This document shows positions 47,867 to 58,663 of a stretch of 64,000 nt of DNA, one piece after another. This stretch comes from an uncultured bacterium (GTDB taxonomy: Bacteria > Chloroflexota > UBA5177 > JANWHV01). The translations under genes and the position numbers were made by a program. Where the stretch lies: NCBI GenBank assembly GCA_963827235.1, contig CAWHAE010000009.1, forward strand, positions 32,001 to 96,000, written 5' to 3'. Each line of letters opens with the position of its first letter. Position 1 is the stretch's first letter. The notes below the pieces were generated by a model. The model made no database searches. It saw nothing but the letters and a program-made list of their open reading frames with translations, and had not been told where the DNA came from.

Positions 47867-49225
47867 ATGAGTCTCGATTCCTCTCTGTCCCGGCGCCGTT
47901 TCTTGGCAGGCGCTGCCGCCACCGGGGCGGCCGTAGCTGCAAGCTCTGTCCTTCCCTCCCAAGCCCAGGCTTCATCCGCGAAGAGCCCGGTGGAGATCAC
48001 CTACTGGTATCCCTGGGGCGGCGACTCGAAGACCTACGAAGAGAACCGGATGAAGCAGTTCAATTCGACGCATCCCGCCATCCAGGCAAACGGCCTGTAC
48101 GTGCCTCCCGACAGCGGTGTGACAAACGGCAAGCTGCTCTCCGCCATCGCCGCCGGCAACCCGCCCGATCTCGTGGTGACCAACCTTTCCGGCGCCGCGG
48201 CAGTGCTCGGCTATCAGGGAGGTCTGATTGATCTGAGCCCATACTTGAAGGCGGTCAACTGGACGCCGAGCGAGATGGTGCCGGGCATACTCCCGCTCAT
48301 GACGTACGGCAACAAGATCTGGGCCCTGCCCGAGACCGGCAACCTCACCTACTTCTACTGGAACCGGACCATGTTCAAGAACGCCGGCCTGGATCCCAAC
48401 AAGCCGCCGACCACACTCGCGGAAGTCGACGCCTACGCCGAGAAGCTGACCACCAAGGACAGCAAAGGCAACTTCAAGACCATCGGCTTCATTCCCTGGG
48501 CCTGGGACGGCAACGATCCCTGGATCTGGCCCTGGGTCTTTGGCGCCAACTTTACCAAGATGGTCAACGGCAAGCTGGAGCTCACGCTGACCGATCCCGC
48601 TACGATCCGCGCACTGAATTACCTGGCCAGCTACAGCAAGAAGTACGGCGTCTCCAAGCTCCAGTCGGCCGTGTCCTCGTTCGGCGCCGCGTTCTCGCCG
48701 AACGACCCGTTCATCTCTGGCCTCACGGCGATGATGGTGGGCAGCGATTACCATACCGAGGCGCTGCGCACCTACAATCCGAAGCTCGACTACATGGTGA
48801 CTCCGATGCCGATGGCCCCCGGTGGGCGAAAGCTTGCCACCGAGCTCTCGTGCAATATCTATATGGTGCCGCTCGGCTCCAAGCACCCGCTGGAGGCCGT
48901 GCAGTTCGCCATGTGGGCCGGCAACGGCGTGGCGGTGATCGGCAACGAAAACGTGTGGCATACCTACAGCGGGTACAAGCAAGGTGCGAATGCTCCGAAG
49001 AACATCTGGCAGCAGCGCGGCGATCCCGTATATAAGGTCACAGAGCTGCTGCTGGCCTCGGGAGCAACGACCAACGGCCCATTGCTGCCGATTTCCGCCC
49101 AGCTGAACAACGAAATGCAGACTGCCGAGCAGTCAGTCTACTATCTCAAGTCCACACCTGAAAGCGCGTTGTCCGATCTGCAGAGCCGCATGCAGCCTCT
49201 CCTGGACAAGGGCATGCATCAGTAG
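47867..49225 (+). CDS. Carbohydrate ABC transporter substrate-binding protein, Tat-exported
   Basis: SRRRFL twin-arginine signal with AQA cleavage site; GNPPDL, WNRTMF..GLDP..PPTT; RBS AAGGAG. Confidence 0.92.
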   Translation: MSLDSSLSRRRFLAGAAATGAAVAASSVLPSQAQASSAKSPVEITYWYPWGGDSKTYEENRMKQFNSTHPAIQANGLYVPPDSGVTNGKLLSAIAAGNPPDLVVTNLSGAAAVLGYQGGLIDLSPYLKAVNWTPSEMVPGILPLMTYGNKIWALPETGNLTYFYWNRTMFKNAGLDPNKPPTTLAEVDAYAEKLTTKDSKGNFKTIGFIPWAWDGNDPWIWPWVFGANFTKMVNGKLELTLTDPATIRALNYLASYSKKYGVSKLQSAVSSFGAAFSPNDPFISGLTAMMVGSDYHTEALRTYNPKLDYMVTPMPMAPGGRKLATELSCNIYMVPLGSKHPLEAVQFAMWAGNGVAVIGNENVWHTYSGYKQGANAPKNIWQQRGDPVYKVTELLLASGATTNGPLLPISAQLNNEMQTAEQSVYYLKSTPESALSDLQSRMQPLLDKGMHQ

Positions 49226-49396
49226 TCCGCGGCAATGACCCGGGGCCGTGGCGCGCCGATCGGCGCGCCACGGCTCTCACGGCGCGAGCAGTGGCTGCGC
49301 TGGCGCGGTGGGTACGGGGTCTCTGGTCGCGCAAGCCCATTCCAGGGGTCGGAACAAGATGCATTTGCCGGCCGCGTGAGAGGAGAGGGGTCAACA

Positions 49397-50317
49397 ATGC
49401 GGATGGGTGCTCACGAACGTCGCAACCTCCGTGTGGGTCTGATGTTTGTCAGCCCGTGGTTGGTCGGATTACTCGTTTTCTATCTGTACCCAATTGCCGC
49501 GTCCGCCTATTACAGCTTGACCGACTACAACGTGCTGCAGCCTCCGACCTGGGTGGGCTTGGACAACTACAAGGCGATCTTCAATGATCCGCTGTTCTGG
49601 ACTTCCCTTGGCAATACGCTCTTTCTGGTCGTGGTCGGCATCCCTGTCTATACCATCGTGGACATTGCCGTGGCCATACTGCTGAACAACAAGGTGCCGG
49701 GTCAAGCCTTTTACCGCACCGTGATCTTCCTGCCTACCCTGATCCCGGCCGTCGTCCTCTCCGTGCTGTGGCTCAGGCTCCTGGATCCGCGAAACGGCCT
49801 GGTCAATGTCGTGCTGTCCCAGTTCAACATCAATGGGCCCGGCTGGTTCTCGGACCCCGACTGGTCGAAGCCCAGCTTCATCTTGTTGACGCTCTGGGGC
49901 ACGGGCAATTCGGTGGTGATCTACCTGGCCGGCCTCCAGAACGTCGACAGTACCCTGTACGAGGCGGCCGACGTCGACGGCGCCAACTGGCGCCACAAGA
50001 TCTGGCACATCACGCTGCCCAGTCTCTCTCCCGTGATCCTGTTCAACATCATCCTGGCGGTGATCGCCACCTTCCAGTATTTCACACAGGTATTCATCAT
50101 CAGCACCGTCGGCGGCAACGGCGCCAATGCCGCGCCGGGCTCGCCGCTGAATTCGGTGCTCTTCTATTCGCTCTATCTCTACCAGAACGCCTTCGCCTAC
50201 CTGCACATGGGGTACGCGTCCGGCCTGGCCTGGATTCTGTTGATCATCGCGCTGGCGATGACCGTCCTGATCCTCCGCACGTCGGCAAGGTGGGTGTACT
50301 ATGCTGGCAGCAGGTAG
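49397..50317 (+). CDS. Carbohydrate ABC transporter permease (MalF-like)
   Basis: FVSPWLVG, LYEAADVDGA..ITLPSLSP. Confidence 0.93.
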   Translation: MRMGAHERRNLRVGLMFVSPWLVGLLVFYLYPIAASAYYSLTDYNVLQPPTWVGLDNYKAIFNDPLFWTSLGNTLFLVVVGIPVYTIVDIAVAILLNNKVPGQAFYRTVIFLPTLIPAVVLSVLWLRLLDPRNGLVNVVLSQFNINGPGWFSDPDWSKPSFILLTLWGTGNSVVIYLAGLQNVDSTLYEAADVDGANWRHKIWHITLPSLSPVILFNIILAVIATFQYFTQVFIISTVGGNGANAAPGSPLNSVLFYSLYLYQNAFAYLHMGYASGLAWILLIIALAMTVLILRTSARWVYYAGSR

Positions 50318-51197
50318 GCGTCCCAAAGCACCGCCATCGGTGTCGATGCCGCTGGTGCACCGCCGCACGCTGAACTGGCGCAAGATCGCGCGCGTCATGG
50401 TGGTCGAAGCGCTGCTGATCCTGATCGCCATCCTCTTCTTCGGCCCGTTCGTCTGGCTCATCTCCACCTCGCTGGCGCCTGAAAGCCAGCTCTTCACGCG
50501 CTCGATCGTGTGGATCCCTTCGCCGATCCAATGGTCGAATTACGCCAACGGGCTGAACGAATTCCCGTTCTGGACCTACTTCAAGAACACCATGACCATC
50601 TGCGCCCTGACCGTGATCGGCGCCACGGCTTCGTCCTCGTTCGTGGCCTACGGCTTCTCGCGCGTGCAGTGGCGCGGTCGTGAGACGCTGTTCGTGGTGG
50701 TGCTGGCAACGCTCATCCTGCCGTACCAGGTGACGCTGATCCCGCTCTACCTGCTGTTCAAGGACTTCGGCTGGCTGAACACGTACCTGCCGCTGGTGGT
50801 GCCGTCGTTCTTCGGCAACGCGTTCTTCATCTTCCTGTTCCGGCAGTTCTACCTGGGCCTGCCGACCGAGCTGTCCGATGCGGCGCGGATCGACGGCTGC
50901 AGCGACCTTGCCATCTACAGTCGCGTCATCCTTCCACTCTCGAAGCCGGTGCTGGCGACGGCGGCGATCTTCTCCTTCATCGGCGCCTGGAGTGACTTCC
51001 TGGGCCCCCTGATCTACCTGACGGACTCGAGCAAGTACACGCTGTCGATCGGCGTGCAGCAAGTGATCGGCCAGGAGCCGCACTGGACGTGGCTGATGGC
51101 CGTCGGAGTGGTCATGACTCTACCCATACTCATCCTGTTCTTCTTCGTGCAGCGCACCTTCATCCAGGGAATCAGCTTCTCGGGAATCAAGGGATGA
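50301..51197 (+). CDS. Carbohydrate ABC transporter permease (MalG-like)
   Basis: ELSDAARIDGCS..LPLSKP, WSDFLGPLIY, QRTFIQGI. Confidence 0.93.
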   Translation: MLAAGRRPKAPPSVSMPLVHRRTLNWRKIARVMVVEALLILIAILFFGPFVWLISTSLAPESQLFTRSIVWIPSPIQWSNYANGLNEFPFWTYFKNTMTICALTVIGATASSSFVAYGFSRVQWRGRETLFVVVLATLILPYQVTLIPLYLLFKDFGWLNTYLPLVVPSFFGNAFFIFLFRQFYLGLPTELSDAARIDGCSDLAIYSRVILPLSKPVLATAAIFSFIGAWSDFLGPLIYLTDSSKYTLSIGVQQVIGQEPHWTWLMAVGVVMTLPILILFFFVQRTFIQGISFSGIKG

Positions 51198-51907
51198 CCG
51201 GTGCCGAGCCCATAGTCGCCGTCCGCAACGTATCTCGCACCTTCGGCAGCGGCCACGGCAGCGTGACCGCGCTGCGTAACGTGACGCTCGAGGTTGCGCG
51301 CGGCACGCTGGTGGCCGTCACCGGGCGGTCCGGGGCGGGCAAAACCACCTTGCTCAACTTGGTTGGCGGCCTGGACACGCCTACGACGGGAACCATCCTG
51401 GTGAACGGCAGAGACGTGACTCGCCTCAGCGAGCGCGAGCGGACGCTGTTCAGACGCCACGACGTGGCGTTCGTGTTCCAGTCGTTTACCTTGCTGCCGA
51501 CGCTGTCGGCGTTCGAGAATGTGCTGCTGGCATTGCATATCTCCGGCACTGCCGCTCATCTGCGGGCACGGCGTGCCCGCGAGATGCTGCAGGTGGTCGG
51601 GCTCGCTGAGCGTGCCGATCATCGACCCTATGAGCTGTCGGGAGGAGAGCAGGAACGCGTGGCCATCGCCCGCGCCCTGGCCACCGGTGCGCCGCTCATC
51701 CTTGCCGACGAGCCCACCGGCGAGCTGGACACCGGGACCGGCCGGGAGATCGTCAACCTGCTGCGCGACGTCGTGCGGGAGCAGAGCGTTGCCGTGGTGG
51801 TGGCGACTCATGACCTCGCGGTGGTGGCAGCCACCTTCCGGTCCTACCGGCTCGCAGACGGCGTGCTGACCCCGCTGGAAGGGGTATCGCTCAGTGGCGG
51901 GCAATGA
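51194..51907 (+). CDS. ABC ATP-binding protein, LolD/MacB type
   Basis: [37 protein letters not shown]; ATGA overlap with permease. Confidence 0.92.
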   Translation: MTGAEPIVAVRNVSRTFGSGHGSVTALRNVTLEVARGTLVAVTGRSGAGKTTLLNLVGGLDTPTTGTILVNGRDVTRLSERERTLFRRHDVAFVFQSFTLLPTLSAFENVLLALHISGTAAHLRARRAREMLQVVGLAERADHRPYELSGGEQERVAIARALATGAPLILADEPTGELDTGTGREIVNLLRDVVREQSVAVVVATHDLAVVAATFRSYRLADGVLTPLEGVSLSGGQ

Positions 51908-52808
51908 TCGTGCCACGGACCTGATCGTCTGCGACAACCTGAGCAAGATCTACCGAATCGGCAGGCTCGAGGTGGCCGCGCTTCATGGTCTGGACCTGCG
52001 CGTCGGCGCCGGCGAGATGATCGGCATCGTCGGCAAGAGCGGCAGCGGCAAGAGCACCTTGCTGAATCTGCTCGGCGGCCACGACGTCCCGACGTCGGGC
52101 CTGATTCGAGTAGCAGGGTATGACCTGCACGCGATCGGCGCCGCAAAGCTGGCCGCCTATCGACGGCACGTCGTGGGTTTCGTCTGGCAGCAGACCGGTC
52201 GGAACCTGTTGCCGTACCTGTCGGCGGTACAGAACGTCGAGCAACCGCTCTATTACGCGGGCGCGTCGCGTCGCGCGGCTCGATCCCGCGCCGTTGAGCT
52301 GCTCGAGATGGTCGGTCTGCGCGACCGCATACGTCACAAGCCCGCCGACCTCTCTGGCGGCGAGCAACAACGCGTCGCTATCGCCACGGCCCTCGCCAAC
52401 AGTCCGCGTATGTTGCTCGCGGATGAGCCGACCGGTGAGCTGGACAATCAAACGGCCCACGACGTCCTGGGCGTGTTCAAGGCCATCCGCGAACAGCAGG
52501 GCGTCACCGTGGTGGTCGTCACACACGATCCGGCCGTGGCAGACATCGCCGATCGCACGGTGGCCATCCGGGACGGGCGTATCACCGAGGAACGAGTCAG
52601 GGTACGGCATGACGAAGCCGGCGACGCGCGGCCCGACGCGACTCACAGGGAGTATGTGGTGCTCGACCGCACGGGGCGCCTGCAGATACCGCAGACGTAC
52701 CTGCACACGCTGGGAATCACCGACCGGGCAGTCATTCGCATGGAGGATGGCCGTATCGTGATCGAGCCGGCGCAAGCCGGCGGATCGCCGGTAAGGACGG
52801 AGCAATGA
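51894..52808 (+). CDS. ABC ATP-binding protein, LolD/MacB type, with C-terminal AbrB-like domain
   Basis: [29 protein letters not shown]; tail [20 protein letters not shown]. Confidence 0.9.
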   Translation: MAGNDRATDLIVCDNLSKIYRIGRLEVAALHGLDLRVGAGEMIGIVGKSGSGKSTLLNLLGGHDVPTSGLIRVAGYDLHAIGAAKLAAYRRHVVGFVWQQTGRNLLPYLSAVQNVEQPLYYAGASRRAARSRAVELLEMVGLRDRIRHKPADLSGGEQQRVAIATALANSPRMLLADEPTGELDNQTAHDVLGVFKAIREQQGVTVVVVTHDPAVADIADRTVAIRDGRITEERVRVRHDEAGDARPDATHREYVVLDRTGRLQIPQTYLHTLGITDRAVIRMEDGRIVIEPAQAGGSPVRTEQ

Positions 52809-52842
52809 TCGTCGCCGTGACCCGGGCCGCGGAAGCCTCGCG

Positions 52843-55617
52843 ATGAAGGGCCTGAGAGGGCTGGTTCTCCTGGCCGTACGTCGCGCCACGGCGACGCCGC
52901 AGCTGCTGGCGATTCGCTTCGCCGGTCTCCTGGTGGCCGTGATACTCGTGGCCGGCGTGACCTTGTACGGCGGTGCCATGGGCGACGCCATGCTGCAACA
53001 GCGCGTGGGGCTGGATGCAACCAACACGAACTTCGCCGTCAGCCTCTCCGGCCAGGCCCTGAGCGGCGCGCAATATGGGAGGCTCGACTCGTATATCCGG
53101 CAGGGCGAGTCGGCCGACGTGGGATTGCCGCTTGGCAATCTGCACGTGCACCACAACACGTCGACCGTGCGCGTGTTCCGCCTGCCGGGCCGCGGGACCG
53201 CCATCAACGGTGCGCCGCTGGCCAGCCTTGCGCTCGACTACTACCAGGGGCTCATGAGCCAGGTATCGGTCTACGGCGGCCCGGCCAATCTCCCGGACAG
53301 GATGCCCGACGGCGATGCGCCGGTCCTGATCTCGCCGGAGACGGCGCGAAGTCTCCACCTTCAGCCCGGCGACCGGCTGGCGTTCGGTGAGAGCTTCACC
53401 CACGCCGTGACGCCGCCCCTCGTCGTGGCGGGCATCTTCCTCCCCAACGACATCAACAGCGCCTTCTGGGACATTCATGCCGGCGACCGCGGCTACGAAT
53501 CGCTCGTGACGCCGAGCCTGCAGGTCTTCCAGACCTTCGCTGCCGATGCGAGCCTGTTCAGCCCCGACTACTATTGGCAATCGAGCACCAGCGTCGGGGC
53601 CATCCATCTCGGCAGCGCCAACGCCATCGTCGCCGGGATCGGCCGTGCCCGCGCCCGGATGTCGGCGATCGCCCCGGGCACGACGCTGATCACCTCACTG
53701 GACGTGGCGATCGGCGGCTTCCAGGACCAGTACCAGCTCCTGTCTCAGATCCTCCTGATCCTGGTAGCGCCGGTGCTGGCACTGATCCTGTTCGCGATCT
53801 TCGTCACCACCAACCTTGCCCTCGAGAGGCAGGCGGGAGAGATCGTGTTGATGCGCAGCCGGGGCGCCACGTCGGGCCAGGTCTTCGCGCTGTACGCAGG
53901 CGAGGGAGTTGCCCTCGGCATCGCCGGTCTCGCGGTGGGCCCGTTCCTCGGTCTGCCGCTTGCGCGAGTGATCGGGCGGTCGTCGGGTTTTCTCACCTTC
54001 GGGGGCGCCCTGCAGTTCGACCTTGCTCTGCAGCCTGAGACGTATCTCTACTGCGGCGCCACGGTCGTGCTGGCTATCCTGGTCGGCCTCCTACCGGCGA
54101 TGAGCCTCGCACGGCGATCGATGATGTCGTTCAAGCGCGAGCAGTCGCGACCCAGCCGCCGGCCGCTGTGGCAACGGCTCTACCTGGATTTCGTCGTCCT
54201 GGCCGCTTCGCTCTATGGGCTGTACTTGCTGGTCGGGCAGGGAACGGTGAGCTCGAGCGACGTCACGGCGGTGGTGGCGAAAGACCCCGTGATCGGGCTG
54301 GCGCCGCTGCTCTTCGCCGTCGCCATCACCATGATGCTGGCGCGCGTGGCGCCGCGCGTCGCCGCGCTGCTGCTGTATCTGCTCGGCCGCTTCACCTCTC
54401 CCTCGGCGTACGTGGCGCTCCACAGCCTGACGCGAGCGCCGAAGCAGCCCATGCGCCTGATGCAGCTGTGCACGCTCACGCTCACCCTGGGCATCTTCGC
54501 CGCCACGGTGGCGGGCGTACAGGAGCAGAACCTGAGCGATCAGTATCTCTACCAGGCGGGAGCACCGCTGCGCCTGCGCGAGACCTTTGACCGGCAGGGC
54601 CTGCCGGTCAATCAGCAGAACGTGCCCGATGCGATGCCGATCTCGGCCCATCTCGCGCTGCCGGGCGTGCATGCCGCCACACCGGCTCTGCGCTTCGAGT
54701 CGTTCGGCAACGTGATCAACACGACGGACAACAGCACGGCCGTGAACGTGCTGGGCGTCGATCCGGCCACGGCGGCGTCGGTGATGTGGTATCGATCCGA
54801 CTTCGCCGATCAGCCCTTCGGCCGGCTCCTGCAGTCAATCGCATCCGATGGGCCGAGCGCCGTGGTGAGCGACAACCTGCTCAGCGCCACGGGCATGCAC
54901 ACGGGCGACACGTTCGGGGTCACCCTGACCAACAACACGCGGGTGTCGTTCCATATCGTGGGCACGGCCCACTTCTTCCCCAGCCTCGATCCCACGCAAT
55001 ATCCCTTCGTCGTCTGTAACCTGGCCTACCTGAGTGCCGCGAGCAAGAGCCACGGCGCCAACGAGATGTGGCTCGAGACCGACCAGACCGAGTCGGCGAT
55101 CAACACCATCCTGATTGCCGTGGGACAGTGGCCCCGCACGATTCTAAGCTACGACGGTCTGCCGCCGGCCGACGCCGCCCAGGGCAATCCGCTCTCCACC
55201 GGCATCTACGGCGTGGTCTCGGTCGGCTTCCTCATCGCCGTGGCTCTCGTGCTGCTCGGCTTCGGCACCTACGGCTACCTCACCCTGCAACAGCGGCTGA
55301 CCGAGGTAGCCATTCTGAGAGCGCTGGGACTGTCACAGGGACAGGTGCGCTCGCTGTTGCTGTTCGAGCAGGTGTTCCTGGTAGCGGCGGCCATCGCCGG
55401 CGGCATAGCGGCCGGCCTGCTGACGACCCAGCTGTTCCTGCCCTACCTGCCGGTGGCCACGAGCGTGGTGCCGCCCTTCGTCGTCGTGATGCCCTGGCTC
55501 GCCGTGGGAGAGTTCGTGCTGGCGCTGCTCGTCGTGTTCGTGCTGGTGTTGAGTGTGCACATGACCGTGCTGTTGCGCGCGCAGCTCAGTCGCGTGCTCC
55601 GTCTGGGAGAAGGATAG
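52843..55617 (+). CDS. Large FtsX/MacB-type ABC permease (two FtsX domains)
   Basis: ERQAGEIVLMRSRGA and QRLTEVAILRALG FtsX motifs separated by large extracytoplasmic domains; 924 aa. Confidence 0.88.
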   Translation: MKGLRGLVLLAVRRATATPQLLAIRFAGLLVAVILVAGVTLYGGAMGDAMLQQRVGLDATNTNFAVSLSGQALSGAQYGRLDSYIRQGESADVGLPLGNLHVHHNTSTVRVFRLPGRGTAINGAPLASLALDYYQGLMSQVSVYGGPANLPDRMPDGDAPVLISPETARSLHLQPGDRLAFGESFTHAVTPPLVVAGIFLPNDINSAFWDIHAGDRGYESLVTPSLQVFQTFAADASLFSPDYYWQSSTSVGAIHLGSANAIVAGIGRARARMSAIAPGTTLITSLDVAIGGFQDQYQLLSQILLILVAPVLALILFAIFVTTNLALERQAGEIVLMRSRGATSGQVFALYAGEGVALGIAGLAVGPFLGLPLARVIGRSSGFLTFGGALQFDLALQPETYLYCGATVVLAILVGLLPAMSLARRSMMSFKREQSRPSRRPLWQRLYLDFVVLAASLYGLYLLVGQGTVSSSDVTAVVAKDPVIGLAPLLFAVAITMMLARVAPRVAALLLYLLGRFTSPSAYVALHSLTRAPKQPMRLMQLCTLTLTLGIFAATVAGVQEQNLSDQYLYQAGAPLRLRETFDRQGLPVNQQNVPDAMPISAHLALPGVHAATPALRFESFGNVINTTDNSTAVNVLGVDPATAASVMWYRSDFADQPFGRLLQSIASDGPSAVVSDNLLSATGMHTGDTFGVTLTNNTRVSFHIVGTAHFFPSLDPTQYPFVVCNLAYLSAASKSHGANEMWLETDQTESAINTILIAVGQWPRTILSYDGLPPADAAQGNPLSTGIYGVVSVGFLIAVALVLLGFGTYGYLTLQQRLTEVAILRALGLSQGQVRSLLLFEQVFLVAAAIAGGIAAGLLTTQLFLPYLPVATSVVPPFVVVMPWLAVGEFVLALLVVFVLVLSVHMTVLLRAQLSRVLRLGEG

Positions 55618-55666
55618 GAACGAGGCGCGTCGCCGCACCGGCCAGAGTTCAGTGCAGAGGAGAGAG

Positions 55667-56890
55667 ATGGTGAGCACGGAGACGTTTACACTCGGAGTCA
55701 ACTACTGGCCGCGCAAGAAGGCCATGTATTGGTGGAAGGACTTCGACCGGGCCGAGGTAGAGACGGAGTTCGCGCAGATCGCCGGCATGGGCTTGCAGGT
55801 GGTGCGCATCTTTCTCTTCTGGGAGGACTTCCAGCCCGCTCCCGATCGCATCAACGACCGCGCGCTGGCCGATCTGGGCACGGTGCTGGACGTGGCCAGC
55901 GAAGCCCGCCTCAAGGTAATGCCCACGTTCTTCACGGGCAACATGTCGGGCATCTGCTGGTGGCCCCTGTGGGCGCTGACGGACCGGGACGATCCCAGCG
56001 GGAGCGTACGGCGGGCCGGAGGCGAGTACACGTTGCGCCAGGGCCGCGATCCCTACGCCGATCCCTTCATGCTGGAAGCGGAGACGCGGCAGATTGAAGC
56101 CGTGTGCGGCCGCTACGGCAGCCATCCCGCGGTGTATTCCTGGAACTTCTCCAATGAGCCCGACCTCTTCTTCACCCCGAAGACGTATGCGGATGGCGCC
56201 GGCTGGAACCGTATCTTGAGCCGGACCGCGCGGAAGTGCTCGCCGCTTCCCGTGAGCGCCGGCATGCACCTCCCGACCCTGAATTCGTATAACGGCTTCC
56301 GCCCCGACATGCTGGCACCGAATAACGATTTCCTTTCCATGCACGCCTACAGCATCTACTTCGGGCCCACCGAGCTGGTCGACCCATTGAACAGCGACGT
56401 CATCCCGCTGGCAAGCCTGGTGACCGAAGCATTGGGCGGCAAGCGCGTCCTGCTGGAGGAGTTCGGTTACGCCAGCTCCGAGAAGGGTGACGTGTCGGAG
56501 CACCGGATCGTCAAGCGTGCCACGCATGAAGGCAGGCAGTACTTCGCGGCCGACGATCCCGGCGGCGTGTTCTACCGCGACACGCTGACCAAGCTGGCGA
56601 GGTGCGGATCTCTGGGCGCCTTTGCCTGGATGTTCTCCGACTACGATCCCAGCCTCTGGAGTCTGCCGCCATTCGACTCCAACGAGCACGAGCGATTCTT
56701 CGGATTGACGCGCTACGACGGCACGGTGAAGCCGTCCGGCCGGGCCATGAGCGAGATGGCTGCCCAGGTACGCGAGAACGGGCTGCCGGCGCGCACCGTG
56801 GAGCCGCCGGAGCTCGACGCCGACGCCTGGTACCGCGACCCCAGGACGAGCTTCGAATCGCTCTTCAGGCGCATGCAAGGCACGATCTGA
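55667..56890 (+). CDS. Clan GH-A glycoside hydrolase (GH5/GH2-like), cytoplasmic
   Basis: GVNYWP, VRIFL.W..FQP, acid/base NEP, nucleophile LEEFG, AW..E..FGL. Confidence 0.85.
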   Translation: MVSTETFTLGVNYWPRKKAMYWWKDFDRAEVETEFAQIAGMGLQVVRIFLFWEDFQPAPDRINDRALADLGTVLDVASEARLKVMPTFFTGNMSGICWWPLWALTDRDDPSGSVRRAGGEYTLRQGRDPYADPFMLEAETRQIEAVCGRYGSHPAVYSWNFSNEPDLFFTPKTYADGAGWNRILSRTARKCSPLPVSAGMHLPTLNSYNGFRPDMLAPNNDFLSMHAYSIYFGPTELVDPLNSDVIPLASLVTEALGGKRVLLEEFGYASSEKGDVSEHRIVKRATHEGRQYFAADDPGGVFYRDTLTKLARCGSLGAFAWMFSDYDPSLWSLPPFDSNEHERFFGLTRYDGTVKPSGRAMSEMAAQVRENGLPARTVEPPELDADAWYRDPRTSFESLFRRMQGTI

Positions 56891-57569
56891 AGCCGGCACC
56901 TGTCTCGCTGCTTTGCTTGGAAGAGCTTGCGGGCCGCACGCAGGTTTTCGCCCGTGTGGTCACGTTCCGGGTTAAGCCCAATCGTGAGCCGCGATCGATG
57001 GCCCACCCGCTCCTCCGGCTCGCAGGCCACGTCAACGCGCGCGGCAATGCTCGCCGCGATACGTCGGCGCAGCTTCTCGCGGGAGAATGCTGTCCCCATC
57101 CTCCGAATGGCCGAAGAACGCGCGGCCCTGCGGAAAGACCGGCTCCACCAACAGCGACCGATCAAGATACTTGTTGCCGCCCTCACACGCACCATACCGT
57201 CCGTGCGCCCGTGCGGTGGTCGTCCGGTTGGCTCGCTCCTTGCACGATGGGGTCTGCTGCGTTTGGCAACGCCAGGCCCAGGTCCACTCCACTATACTGA
57301 TGAGCAGAGGCGCAGGGCATGCACTGACCAGCCAGGCGCCATTGGTCGACCAGGGGACGATGAGCGTGCATGATTCCGGCGCGGAGCACTTTGAGTTGGA
57401 GACGGCGCTGCACGGCGGGCTGCAGGCCTTCGCCTCCGGTGACATGGCAGCAGTAATCGCGGCGCAGGGTCCGGACCCTGAGCGCACCGGCGATCTCGCA
57501 CGTGTTCTGGCGACCCGCTCCTGGCCCGCGTAGTAGCGAGTCATGCTCTCTAGCGCGCACGGAGGCGCG

Positions 57570-58313
57570 ATGATTCCGCCCCCACCCTTCAGGCTGCGCC
57601 TCGATCCGCGCTTTGCACCGCGCTTCCCGGGCTATACCGCGCTGGTGATCTACGCCCAGAACCTCACGAACGGGCCGAGCGACGCCGGCAGTATCGCGGT
57701 GCTCCGTGCGGCCGAGCGGGACCAGCGTGCTGCGTTCGCCGGCGGGAAGGCGGCGGATCACCCGCACATCCAGGCCTGGCGCGCGGCGTTTGGGGCGTTT
57801 GGCGCTAAGCCAAGCAAGTATCCGTGCTCGGCGGAGGCCTTGCTCTCGCGGACGCTGAAAGGTCAGGATCTCCCCGCCATCAATCGCGTCGTCGACTTCT
57901 ACAACGCGGTGAGCGTGCGGCACGTCCTCCCGGTCGGCGGTGAGGACTGGGATTGCCTGGACGGCGACCTCGTCTTGACGGAGGCAGAGGGGACCGAGCC
58001 GTTCGTGAGCGTGGAGGCCGGGACGGAGGTGACAACCTATCCCGAGCCGGGTGAGATCATCTGGGCTGACCCTAGGGGTGTCACCTGCAGGCGATGGAAT
58101 TGGCGGCAGGGGCGGCGCACGCTGCTGACTCAGGAGACGCGGCAGGCGTACTTTGTGCTGGACCGCCTCACCCCGTACACCGAGGATGCGCTGCTGACGG
58201 CGGGAGAAGAATTGACCGGACTGCTACGGACCGCGAGCCCCGCGTGCCTGTTGACGCTGGTCCTGCTGGGCGGAGAGCACGGGCCAACAGGCCGGGACAT
58301 CTCCAGTCCCTGA
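57570..58313 (+). CDS. B3/B4 (PheRS-like tRNA-editing) domain protein
   Basis: HPHIQAWRAAF..FGAKPS..SAEAL, INRVVDFYNAVS, GGED, CRRWNWRQ; RBS GGAGG. Confidence 0.9.
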   Translation: MIPPPPFRLRLDPRFAPRFPGYTALVIYAQNLTNGPSDAGSIAVLRAAERDQRAAFAGGKAADHPHIQAWRAAFGAFGAKPSKYPCSAEALLSRTLKGQDLPAINRVVDFYNAVSVRHVLPVGGEDWDCLDGDLVLTEAEGTEPFVSVEAGTEVTTYPEPGEIIWADPRGVTCRRWNWRQGRRTLLTQETRQAYFVLDRLTPYTEDALLTAGEELTGLLRTASPACLLTLVLLGGEHGPTGRDISSP

Positions 58314-58663
58314 GGCGCGCGCCCCGGTCGCGACGCGCTGCGCTACTATGCCGCGTCTTCGCTGCCAGGGCAGACCACGAAGAACGGGTTGCAGCCTCCG
58401 CTGACTCCACAGCGCGTCGGCCGCTGCATTCTCGATGCTTGTGTCGGGCAACCGAGCCCAGCGTACGACGTGTATCTCGGTCAATCTGAACCGGCCCGAC
58501 CAAGCCACCGGCCCTGAGCGCAGAGTGTAAACTGTTGACTAGCCCGGCGCCTACTGTATCATGCACCTGGGTTTACGGCTGAGCGATCGCGTCGTCGCCG
58601 AGCTCAGGCGAGACGAACCCTGCGCCGGAGCATACCGAGTTTTGGAAGGGTCTGGTTGGCATA

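Noticed and set aside
57300-57533. Small ORF upstream of the B3/B4 gene
   Set aside because: No recognisable motif; cannot distinguish a real gene from a remnant or a chance ORF
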